Part shown: one piece after another, positions 24,465-32,000 of the stretch | How the letters are laid out: each line of letters begins with the position of its first letter | Numbering within the stretch: position 1 is the first letter of the stretch | NCBI RefSeq assembly: GCF_016127575.1 | Contig: NZ_CP066019.1 | Location: forward strand, 1-32,000 | Direction of reading: 5' to 3' | Origin: Cupriavidus necator | Lineage (GTDB): Bacteria > Pseudomonadota > Gammaproteobacteria > Burkholderiales > Burkholderiaceae | Length of the DNA stretch: 32,000 nucleotides | Notes under the pieces: model-generated | Seen by the model: only the letters and a program-made list of their open reading frames with translations | What the model was told of the DNA's origin: nothing | Database searches by the model: none | Position numbers and translations under genes: made by a program

Positions 24465-24497
24465 GCCATCGGTCTATGGACCGGTGGCTTTTTCTTT
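24465..24497 (+). terminator. Canonical plus-strand intrinsic terminator overlapping the lysR stop codon
   Basis: 10-bp stem GCCATCGGTC / GACCGGTGGC (one G-U pair), loop TATG, then TTTTTCTTT (24489-24497). The minus-strand flank after the hairpin is only CUUGUGAAG. Confidence 0.6.
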
Positions 24498-25394
24498 GGG
24501 GCTGCCGTGGGCGGCGGCTGTCATCTCCCGCACCATGCCGACGAAATGGTCGCGCGCCGGATGGTCCGGCGCCGTCTTCCACGCGCAGTAGACCTCCGAG
24601 CGTACCGACGCGTCGGCCAGTGGCCGGAACGCGGCCCCGGCCATGCCGGAGCGCGCCAGCGCCGCCGGCACCACCGCCACGCCCATTCCCTGCGACACCA
24701 GCGACACCACCGACAGCCAGTGCCGGACTTCATGCCGGATCTGCGGGTAGAAGCCCTGCGCCGCGCACATGTCGAAGATGCGGCTGTAGTAGTCCGGCGA
24801 GGCCTTGCGCGAGAACAGCACGAACGGCTTGCCGCGCAATGCCGCCAGCGGCAACTCCGGCAGCGCGGCCAGCGCATGGTCGGCCGGCAGGCAGCAGACA
24901 AAGGGCTCGCTGTGCACCAGCGTAGCCTGCAGCGTGTCCGGCACGCGGCCGGTGTGGATAAAGGCGACGTCGAGCTCGTCGTGCAGCAGCGCGTCGATCT
25001 GCTCCTGCGAGTTGAGCTCGGTCAGCGCCACCTGGATGCCGGGATAGGCCGCCTGGAACGCGCGCAGCGTCTGTGGCAAGCCGCGATACAGCATCGAGCC
25101 GACAAAGCCCACCCGCAGCCGCCCGATCGCGCCCGCCTCGATCTCGCGTGCCAGCACCCGCGCCGCCTCAGCCTGCGCCAGCAGCGCCGTGGCCGATTCG
25201 CGGAAGGCCCGTCCGGCCGCGGTCAGCCGCACGCCGCGGCTGTCGCGGTCGAACAGCCGCGCCCCGACCGAGGCCTCCAGCTGCTGGATATTGAGCGACA
25301 GCGGCGGCTGGGAAATGGCAAGCCGGCGCGCGGCACGCCCGAAGTGCAGTTCCTCGGCCAGCACGAGGAAGTAACGCAGGTGGCGGAATTCCAT
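24474..25394 (-). CDS. LysR-family transcriptional regulator
   Basis: MEFRHLRYFLVLAEELHFGRAARRLAISQPPLSLNIQQLE is a canonical LTTR wHTH. 306 aa, divergent from the acyl-CoA dehydrogenase operon. Confidence 0.9.
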   Translation of the reverse strand: MEFRHLRYFLVLAEELHFGRAARRLAISQPPLSLNIQQLEASVGARLFDRDSRGVRLTAAGRAFRESATALLAQAEAARVLAREIEAGAIGRLRVGFVGSMLYRGLPQTLRAFQAAYPGIQVALTELNSQEQIDALLHDELDVAFIHTGRVPDTLQATLVHSEPFVCCLPADHALAALPELPLAALRGKPFVLFSRKASPDYYSRIFDMCAAQGFYPQIRHEVRHWLSVVSLVSQGMGVAVVPAALARSGMAGAAFRPLADASVRSEVYCAWKTAPDHPARDHFVGMVREMTAAAHGSPKEKATGP

Positions 25395-25398
25395 GGCG

Positions 25399-25413
25399 AT
25401 ACAGAATTTATAT
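25399..25413. promoter_or_regulatory. Candidate LTTR box ATAC-N7-ATAT (T-N11-A)
   Basis: ATACAGAATTTATAT lies in the AT-rich 120-bp divergent region, immediately upstream of the lysR start. Confidence 0.35.
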
Positions 25414-25514
25414 TGATCAAGCCAATTTTAGAATTAGACGCGAATCCTTGGGGTTTCAATAATGGAGGTCAAAGGGGCCGCAAGCCGGCACCGTCCAATC
25501 CCAGGAGACCCGCC

Positions 25515-27311
25515 ATGCCATCCAGCGCCGTGCGCGACACCACACTTCAAGCCCCTTGCGCCGCATCGGCCGCTGCCCACCCGGTACCGGACCGCCAGGG
25601 CGGCAGCCTGTTTGCCGCCGACCCCGACCTGCGCGCGCTGCTGCCGCTCTACCTGCCGCCCGACCTGTTCAACCACCTGCTGCCGCACCTGGAGCGCATG
25701 GGTGCGCTGGCCGGCGGCGTGCTCGACGAACTGGCCGGCGTGGCCGACCGCCATCCCCCCGAACTCACCTACCGTACCCGCGCGGGCGTGGATGCGCAGC
25801 GCATCGACAAGCATCCGGCCTATGTGGAGATGGAGCGCGTGGCCTTTGCCGAATTCGGCCTGGCGGCGGCGTCGCATCGCGGCGGGGTGCTGGGCTGGGA
25901 CAAGCCCATGCCGCCAGCGGCTAAGTACGCACTCACATATCTGTTTGTGCAGGCCGAGTTCGGCCTGTGCTGCCCGCTCTCGATGACCGATTCGCTGACG
26001 CGCACGCTGCGCAAGTTCGGCGACCCGGCGCTGGTCGGGCGCTACCTGCCCAACCTGACCACCCAGGTGTTCGATGATCTGTACCAGGGCGCGATGTTCA
26101 TGACCGAGCAGGGCGCCGGCTCCGACGTCGCCGCCACTGCCACCCGCGCGGTGCGCGACGCTTCGGCCGAGGGCGGCTGGCGCCTGCTGGGCGACAAGTG
26201 GTTCTGCTCCAACCCCGATGCCGCGCTGGCGATGGTGCTGGCGCGCGTGGAGGATGAGGCCGGCAACGCCGTGCCGGGCCACAAGGGCGTGTCGCTGTTC
26301 CTGCTGCCGCGCAAGCTGGCCGATGGCAGCGACAACCACTACCGCATCATCCGCCTGAAGGACAAGCTGGGCACGCGCTCGATGGCCAGCGGCGAGATCC
26401 GGCTGGAAGGCGCGCATGCCTGGCTGGTCGGCGAACCCGGCCGCGGCTTCGTGCAGATGGCCGACATGATCAACAACTCGCGCCTGTCCAACGGCGTGCG
26501 CGCCGCCGGCCTGATGCGCCGCGCGCTGACCGAGGGCCTGTTCATCGCACGCGAGCGCCAGGCGTTCGGCAAGCGCCTGCAGGACATGCCGCTGATGCGC
26601 CGCCAGCTGCTCAAGCTGACCCTGCCCACCGAGCAGGCGCGCACCATGGTGTTCCAGACCGCCGAAGCGCTGCGCCGCGCAGATGCCGGCGAGGCCGACG
26701 CCTACCCGCTGATGCGCATCCTGACGCCGCTGATCAAGTTCCGCGCCTGCCGCGATGCGCGCAAGGTCACCGGCGACGCCATGGAGATCCGCGGCGGCTG
26801 CGGCTATATCGAGGAATGGAGTGATCCGCGCCTGGTGCGCGACGCCCACCTTGGCTCGATCTGGGAGGGCACCAGCAATATCGTTGCGCTCGACGTGCTG
26901 CGCGCGGTCCGCCGCGAAGGCGCGCTGCCGGTGCTGCAGGCACACCTGGCTGGCCTGCTGGCCGATACGCCGATGCATGCGGCGGCGCGTGCCGTGTTCG
27001 AACGCGCCATCGCCGCCGCTGCGAATCTGGCCGCGCAAGCCGCTGAGGCCGGCGCCGACGGCGAACTGCTGGCGCGCCAGGCGGCCTCGGCGCTGTACCA
27101 CGTCACCAGCGCGGTGGCGATGGCCTGGGAGGCCGGGCGCATCGGCTCGGTGCGCCGCATGCGGCTGGCGCAGCTGGTGCTGCGCCATCGCGTGCTGCCG
27201 CAGGACCCGCTGGCCGCGCAGGCCGAGCCCGAATGGCTGGCCGAGACCGTCGCGCCGGTTGACGGCACCGTGCGTGCCGCCGGCGCGGTCGACCAGGTCA
27301 ACGTGTTCTGA
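25515..27311 (+). CDS. AidB-like acyl-CoA dehydrogenase family protein
   Basis: 598 aa from ATG 25515 (AGGAG 7 nt upstream). ACAD motifs MTEQGAGSDV, KWFCSNP, IWEGTSNI with a long AidB-type N-terminus. The track ORF 24507-27311 is an artificial 5' extension antisense to lysR. Confidence 0.85.
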   Translation: MPSSAVRDTTLQAPCAASAAAHPVPDRQGGSLFAADPDLRALLPLYLPPDLFNHLLPHLERMGALAGGVLDELAGVADRHPPELTYRTRAGVDAQRIDKHPAYVEMERVAFAEFGLAAASHRGGVLGWDKPMPPAAKYALTYLFVQAEFGLCCPLSMTDSLTRTLRKFGDPALVGRYLPNLTTQVFDDLYQGAMFMTEQGAGSDVAATATRAVRDASAEGGWRLLGDKWFCSNPDAALAMVLARVEDEAGNAVPGHKGVSLFLLPRKLADGSDNHYRIIRLKDKLGTRSMASGEIRLEGAHAWLVGEPGRGFVQMADMINNSRLSNGVRAAGLMRRALTEGLFIARERQAFGKRLQDMPLMRRQLLKLTLPTEQARTMVFQTAEALRRADAGEADAYPLMRILTPLIKFRACRDARKVTGDAMEIRGGCGYIEEWSDPRLVRDAHLGSIWEGTSNIVALDVLRAVRREGALPVLQAHLAGLLADTPMHAAARAVFERAIAAAANLAAQAAEAGADGELLARQAASALYHVTSAVAMAWEAGRIGSVRRMRLAQLVLRHRVLPQDPLAAQAEPEWLAETVAPVDGTVRAAGAVDQVNVF

Positions 27312-27393
27312 CCGGATCCACGTCCGGCACCAATCCCCCGCAAAACCATCCTGCCCCGAGGCGGGAGACGTCCTATACCCAGGAGACAACGCC

Positions 27394-28368
27394 ATGAAAC
27401 TCTGGCACCGCGTAGCGGCCATCGCCGCCTGCTCGCTCTTTATCGCCCCCGCCTTCGCGCAGAAGGACTTTCCGTCCAAGCCGATCATGATGGTCGTCAC
27501 CTACCCGCCGGGTGGCCCCACCGATGCCATGGCGCGCACGCTTGCCGCTGCGCTCAAGACCAGCCTTGGCCAGCCGGTGGTGGTGGAAAACCGCGCCGGC
27601 GCCGGCGGCAACATCGGTGCCGAGGTGGTGGCGCGCGCCGAGCCCGACGGCTACACGCTGATGTTCGGCACCTCGGCGCCGCTGGCGATCAACGTCAGCC
27701 TGTACCGCAAGATCAACTACGACCCGGTCAAGAGCTTCGCGCCGGTGATCCAGATCGGCCAGCTGCCCAATGTACTGGTGGTCAACCCGTCCGTGCCGGC
27801 GAAGAACGTCGCGGAGCTGATCGCCTATGGCAAGGCGCACCCGGGCAAGCTGACCTATGCCTCGTCCGGCAACGGCGCCTCGTCGCACCTGGCGGGGGTG
27901 CTGTTCAACAACGTCACCGGCACCGATTTCCAGCACATCCCGTACAAGGGCACCGGTCCCGCGCTGAACGACCTGCTGGGCGGGCAGGTCAGCATGACCT
28001 TCACCGATGTGCTGACCGCGATGCCCTTCATCAAGAGCGGCAAGGTGCGCGCACTGGGCGTCACCACCAAGGCGCGCTCGCAGGCGCTGCCGGATGTGCC
28101 GACCGTGGCCGAGCAGGGCGTGCCAGGTTTCGATGTATCGGTGTTCTTCGGCGTGGTCGCGCCCGCCGGCACGCCGCCCGAAGTGATCGGCAAGCTCAAC
28201 CGTGCCTTTGCCGATGCGCTCAAGCAGCCCGAGGTGCGCAAGACCCTGCAGGCGCAGGGCCTGGAGTTCGCGCCGTCGACCACGCCCGAGCAGCTTGGCG
28301 GCTTCGTCAAGGCCGAGGTCGGCAAGTGGCGCGCCGTGGTGCAGAAGTCCGGCGCCCAGCTTGACTGA
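27394..28368 (+). CDS. Bug/TctC-family periplasmic substrate-binding protein (second copy)
   Basis: 324 aa from ATG 27394 (AGGAGA upstream). Signal peptide ...IAPAFAQ, then FPSKPIMMVVTYPPGGPTDAMAR. Confidence 0.9.
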   Translation: MKLWHRVAAIAACSLFIAPAFAQKDFPSKPIMMVVTYPPGGPTDAMARTLAAALKTSLGQPVVVENRAGAGGNIGAEVVARAEPDGYTLMFGTSAPLAINVSLYRKINYDPVKSFAPVIQIGQLPNVLVVNPSVPAKNVAELIAYGKAHPGKLTYASSGNGASSHLAGVLFNNVTGTDFQHIPYKGTGPALNDLLGGQVSMTFTDVLTAMPFIKSGKVRALGVTTKARSQALPDVPTVAEQGVPGFDVSVFFGVVAPAGTPPEVIGKLNRAFADALKQPEVRKTLQAQGLEFAPSTTPEQLGGFVKAEVGKWRAVVQKSGAQLD

Positions 28369-28388
28369 ACCGCACAGGAAAACCAGCC

Positions 28389-29510
28389 ATGACCCAAACC
28401 AGCCCCGGCGCGCTCGCCGGCATCCGCGTGGTCGACCTGTCGCGCATCCTGGGCGGCCCGTACTGCGGCCAGATCCTGGGCGACCACGGCGCCGACGTGC
28501 TCAAGATCGAACCGCCGCAGGGCGACGACACCCGCACCTGGGGGCCGCCGTTCAAGGACGGCGTGGCCTCTTACTACTTCGGCCTGAACCGCAACAAGCG
28601 CGTGATGCGGCTGGACCTGACCGCCGAGGCGGATCGTGAAGTCCTGCTTGCGCTGCTGGCCGAGGCCGACGTGCTGGTCGAGAACTTCAAGACCGGCACC
28701 ATGGAGAAGTGGGGGCTGGGCTACGACACGCTGTCCGCGCGCTTCCCGCGGCTGGTCCATTGCCGCGTGTCCGGCTTCGGCGCGGATGGCCCGCTGGGCG
28801 GCCTGCCCGGCTACGACGCCGCCATCCAGGCCATGTCCGGCATCATGAGCATCAACGGCGAGGCCGATGGCGATCCGCTGCGCGTGGGTTTGCCGGTGGT
28901 GGACATGGTGACCGGCCTGAACGCCGTGATCGGCGTGCTGCTGGCACTGCAGGAGCGCGCGCGCAGCGGGCGCGGCCAGTTCGTCGAGGCCGCGCTCTAT
29001 GACTCCGGCCTGTCGCTGCTGCATCCGCATGCGGCCAACTGGTTCATGAGCGGCAAGACGCCGCAGCGCACCGGCAATGCGCATCCCAACATCTACCCGT
29101 ACGACACGGTGGCGACCGCCACCGACCCGATCTTCCTGGCGGTGGGCAACGACCGGCAGTTCCGCATCCTGTGCGAGCACCTGCGGCTGCCTGCACTGGC
29201 CGATGACGAGCGCTATGCCACGGCGGGCGCGCGCTCGGTGAACCGCGTGGCGCTGAAGGCGGAACTGGAAGCCAGGCTGTGCGAGTTCGATGGCAAGGTG
29301 CTGGCCGACGAGCTGGTGGCCGCGGGCGTGCCCTGCGCGCCGGTGCTGTCCGTGGCCGACGCCTTGCAGCATCCGCATACGCAGCACCGCGAGATGGTGG
29401 TGGAGATGGAGGGCGGCTACAAAGGGCTGGGTGCGCCGGTCAAGCTGAGCCGGACGCCGGCGACGTACCGGTATGCGCCGCTCACCGAAGGGGACGAGTT
29501 CCTGGATTAG
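28389..29510 (+). CDS. Family III CoA-transferase (CaiB/BaiF family)
   Basis: GIRVVDLSRILGGPYCGQILGDHGADVLKIEPP and YYFGLNRNKR are typical of the family. 373 aa. Confidence 0.9.
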   Translation: MTQTSPGALAGIRVVDLSRILGGPYCGQILGDHGADVLKIEPPQGDDTRTWGPPFKDGVASYYFGLNRNKRVMRLDLTAEADREVLLALLAEADVLVENFKTGTMEKWGLGYDTLSARFPRLVHCRVSGFGADGPLGGLPGYDAAIQAMSGIMSINGEADGDPLRVGLPVVDMVTGLNAVIGVLLALQERARSGRGQFVEAALYDSGLSLLHPHAANWFMSGKTPQRTGNAHPNIYPYDTVATATDPIFLAVGNDRQFRILCEHLRLPALADDERYATAGARSVNRVALKAELEARLCEFDGKVLADELVAAGVPCAPVLSVADALQHPHTQHREMVVEMEGGYKGLGAPVKLSRTPATYRYAPLTEGDEFLD

Positions 29511-29536
29511 ACGCGACGTTGCCGCGCGGCAAACGA

Positions 29537-29560
29537 AAAGGCGGCCATATGGCCGCCTTT
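29537..29560. terminator. Bidirectional Rho-independent terminator (CoA-transferase operon / lactate permease)
   Basis: AAAGGCGGCC ATAT GGCCGCCTTT forms a 10-bp stem with an A-run on one side and a T-run on the other, between convergent genes. Confidence 0.75.
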
Positions 29561-29583
29561 CTTCATTGATTCCGGCTAGCTCA

Positions 29584-31284
29584 TCACCCCGGGATCATCC
29601 CCGGCAACAGGTAAGCCTGCACCACCGTCATGATGCCGATGATCACGGCAAACAGCAGGCTGTGCTTGACCGTGAAGCGGAACAGCTCCGACTCCTTGCC
29701 CACCAGCCCGGTCGCCGCGCAGGCCACGGCGATCGATTGCGGCGAGATCATCTTGGCCGTGACGCCGCCGGTGGTGTTGGCGGCGACCAGCAGCGTGTCC
29801 GACACGCCGATCTGATGCGCCGTGGTGTTCTGCAGCGCGCAGAACAGCGCATTGGACGAAGTGTCCGAACCGGTCAGGAACACCCCCAGCCAGCCCAGGA
29901 ACGGCGAGAAGAACGGGAAGGCCGCGCCGGTGCCGGCCAGCAGCAGCGCCAGTGTCGACGACATGCCGGAGTAGTTGGCGACAAAGGCGAATGCCAGCAC
30001 CAGGCCGATCGACAGCACCGGGCGCGCCAGTTCCACCAGGGTCTCGGCAAAGGTGGCCAGCAGCGTGCGCGGCTTCATGCGCAGCAGCACCGCCGAGATC
30101 AGAGCGGTCAGCAGGATGGCGGTGCCGACGGCGGAGAGCAGGTCGAGCTTCAGCACCGCGTCATAGGCCTTGGGCGTGGCCACGATCGGCGCGGCCTTGA
30201 TCACCATCTGGTCCAGCCCGGGGATCTTGAACTTCAGCACCGTTCCCGCCAGCGCGCCATTGGCCGCGAACAGCGCCTTGAACGGCTGCAGGCTCCACAC
30301 CGTGACGATGGCGGTCAGGATGCCGAACGGCGCCCACGCGCGCAGCGTCTGCGCCAGGGTGTAGGGCGAAGCCTTGCGGCTGGACATCGCACCGCCGAAG
30401 CCGCCGCCGAAGCCAGCCAGCGCGACGGTGCCGCCGCTGACATTGCCGCCGGCACGCTGCGACGCGCTGCGCGGCTGCCATACCTTCAGGAACGCGGCCA
30501 GCGACACCAGGCTGACCAGTGCCGAAGTGATGTCCGGCAGTTCGGGCCCGATATGGTTGGAGGTGAAGTACTGCGTCACGGCAAAGCTGCCGCCGCACAC
30601 CAGCGCCGCCGGCCACGTCTCGCGCACGCCCTTGGCGCCGTCCATCATGAACACCAGCCAGAACGGCACCAGCAGCGACAGCAGCGGCAGCTGGCGGCCG
30701 GCCATGGCGCCGATATGGAAGGGATCGATGCCCGTGACCTGACCGGCCACGATGATGGGGATGCCCATCGCGCCGAACGCCACCGGCGCGGTATTGGCGA
30801 TCAGGCACAGGCCCGCCGCATACAGCGGGTTGAAGCCCAGGCCCACCAGCAGCGCCGCGGTGATCGCCACCGGCGCGCCGAAGCCCGCCGCGCCTTCCAG
30901 AAAGGCGCCGAAGGCAAAGCCGATCAGCAGCATCTGCAGGCGCTGGTCGTCGGTAATCGACAGCACCGAGGCGCGGATCACGTCGAACTGGCCGGTCTTG
31001 ACCACGATCTTGTAGAGGAACACCGCGGTCACGATGATCCATGCAATCGGCCACAGCCCATAGGCAAAGCCGAAGCCGGCCGAGGCCAGCGCCTGCTGCG
31101 CAGGCATGCCGTAGGCGAAGATCGCCACGGCCAGCGCCAATAGCAGCGTCACGGCCGCGGCGACATGGCCCTTCATGCGCCAGACGGCCAGCGCAATGAA
31201 GAAGAACAGTATGGGAATGGCTGCCGCCAGCGACGACAGCCACAGGCTGCCCAGCGGTGTATAGAGTTGGGTCCAGGGTTGCAC
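29584..31284 (-). CDS. lldP: L-lactate permease (LctP family)
   Basis: 566 aa polytopic protein. [34 protein letters not shown] and [14 protein letters not shown] are typical of LctP/LldP. GTG start at 31284 with AGGAG 7 nt upstream. Confidence 0.9.
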   Translation of the reverse strand: MQPWTQLYTPLGSLWLSSLAAAIPILFFFIALAVWRMKGHVAAAVTLLLALAVAIFAYGMPAQQALASAGFGFAYGLWPIAWIIVTAVFLYKIVVKTGQFDVIRASVLSITDDQRLQMLLIGFAFGAFLEGAAGFGAPVAITAALLVGLGFNPLYAAGLCLIANTAPVAFGAMGIPIIVAGQVTGIDPFHIGAMAGRQLPLLSLLVPFWLVFMMDGAKGVRETWPAALVCGGSFAVTQYFTSNHIGPELPDITSALVSLVSLAAFLKVWQPRSASQRAGGNVSGGTVALAGFGGGFGGAMSSRKASPYTLAQTLRAWAPFGILTAIVTVWSLQPFKALFAANGALAGTVLKFKIPGLDQMVIKAAPIVATPKAYDAVLKLDLLSAVGTAILLTALISAVLLRMKPRTLLATFAETLVELARPVLSIGLVLAFAFVANYSGMSSTLALLLAGTGAAFPFFSPFLGWLGVFLTGSDTSSNALFCALQNTTAHQIGVSDTLLVAANTTGGVTAKMISPQSIAVACAATGLVGKESELFRFTVKHSLLFAVIIGIMTVVQAYLLPGMIPG

Positions 31285-31344
31285 GGTTTAGTCTCCTGCT
31301 TCGGTGGTGTTTCGGGAAATCTTTGTTTTGTTGATGAACACAGC

Positions 31345-31364
31345 CGCGAGCGGAACCGCTCGCG
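31345..31364 (-). other. Intercistronic hairpin between lutB and the lactate permease gene
   Basis: 8-bp stem CGCGAGCG / CGCTCGCG with loop GAAC, next to an AT-rich stretch (31321-31340). Confidence 0.4.
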
Positions 31365-31378
31365 CCCGTGATGACGGA

Positions 31379-32000
31379 TTACTCCGGCTGCCCCTTCTCC
31401 TTCAGCAAGTCCGCCAGGCTCTTCGCCGCCGGCTTCAGCGGCGTGCGGTGCTGCGTCCATCCCATCTGCTTCGACGGCGTCAGCGCGCGCAGCCGCGTGG
31501 CGGCCCAGCGGAACAGCCGGTACGTCGCCGGGTGCGAATACGCGCCGCTCCAGAAACGCCACACCAGGTGCTCGCCGCGGCTGTACTTGGCGCCTTGGCC
31601 GCGCAGCGGGTTGACGACCTGCTCTGCGGGATCACGGTTGGCCTCGGTGCGCAGGCGCACCAGCAATTGCGGAATCGGAATGCGCACCGGGCAAACTTCG
31701 CCGCAGGCGCCGCACAGGCTCGAGGCGGTGGCCAGGTCGGCGGTGGCGTCCAGCCCCAGCAGGTGCGGCGAGATGATCTTGCCGATGGGGCCGGGATAGG
31801 TCGTGCCGTAGGCGTGGCCGCCGATGCGCGTGTAGACCGGGCAGTGGTTCATGCATGCGCCGCAGCGGATGCATTGCAGCGTGGCGCGCAGCTGCGTGTC
31901 GGCATAGGCCTGGGTGCGGCCGTTGTCGAGCAGCACCAGGTGGACCTCGCGCGGGCCGTCGCGCTCGCCGGCGCGGCGCGGCCCGGAGATCAGGTTGAAG
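31379..32000 (-). CDS. lutB: LutB/YkgF-like lactate-utilisation iron-sulfur protein, 3' part (5' end outside the window)
   Basis: Two 4Fe-4S motifs, CIRCGACMNHCPVY and CGACGEVCPVRIPI. The frame stays open upstream of the track GTG to nt 32000 (FNLISGPRRAGERDGPREVHLVLLDNGRT). TAA at 31379-31381. Confidence 0.8.
   Translation of the reverse strand, partial: FNLISGPRRAGERDGPREVHLVLLDNGRTQAYADTQLRATLQCIRCGACMNHCPVYTRIGGHAYGTTYPGPIGKIISPHLLGLDATADLATASSLCGACGEVCPVRIPIPQLLVRLRTEANRDPAEQVVNPLRGQGAKYSRGEHLVWRFWSGAYSHPATYRLFRWAATRLRALTPSKQMGWTQHRTPLKPAAKSLADLLKEKGQPE

Noticed and set aside
27855-29387. 510-aa minus-strand ORF
   Set aside because: It is antisense to the Bug and CoA-transferase genes, both of which have clear family motifs and SD sequences.
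29473-31143. 556-aa plus-strand ORF
   Set aside because: It is antisense to the L-lactate permease gene, with the same shadow-ORF composition.

Overview
High-GC (about 66-68%) chromosomal segment that looks beta-proteobacterial. The two Bug/TctC-type binding proteins and the overall gene content suggest Burkholderiales, Cupriavidus/Ralstonia-like; this is inference only. I see about 27 credible protein genes and no rRNA, tRNA, CRISPR array, transposase or integrase. Left to right: the 3' end of an unidentified CDS; a Bug-family binding protein; an exported MBL-fold hydrolase; a Tat-signal Rossmann (F420-oxidoreductase-like) protein; a GNAT acetyltransferase; and AMP nucleosidase. Next is a 7-gene minus-strand operon (urtA-E-like ABC transporter, formamidase fmdA, zinc-ribbon fmdB). 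It is divergent from a two-gene operon encoding an unusual hybrid histidine kinase, whose sensor is a CodB/NCS1-type 12-TM permease domain plus a Cys-rich insert, and an REC-PAS-like-LuxR regulator. Then come ompW; long-form leuA with a roughly 290-nt structured leader; an orphan lipoprotein made of four Ig-like repeats; and a 380-bp gap with three copies of a 19-24 nt repeat (a fourth, inverted copy sits at 1263-1284). After that: feoA-feoB plus a small 4-Cys membrane protein behind a Fur box; a LysR regulator divergent from an AidB-like acyl-CoA dehydrogenase / Bug / family III CoA-transferase operon; L-lactate permease; and the 3' part of lutB. The best candidate for something undescribed is the NCS1-permease-fused kinase/LuxR pair next to the formamidase/amide-urea uptake operon. 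Secondary leads are a dispersed intergenic repeat, two plus-strand intrinsic terminators with no annotated plus-strand gene (one beside Fur boxes), a possible Leu-codon leader upstream of leuA, and a FeoC-like 4-Cys mini-protein. Many long ORFs in the track are antisense shadows typical of high-GC DNA and were rejected. All family assignments come from motif recognition by eye, not from searches.
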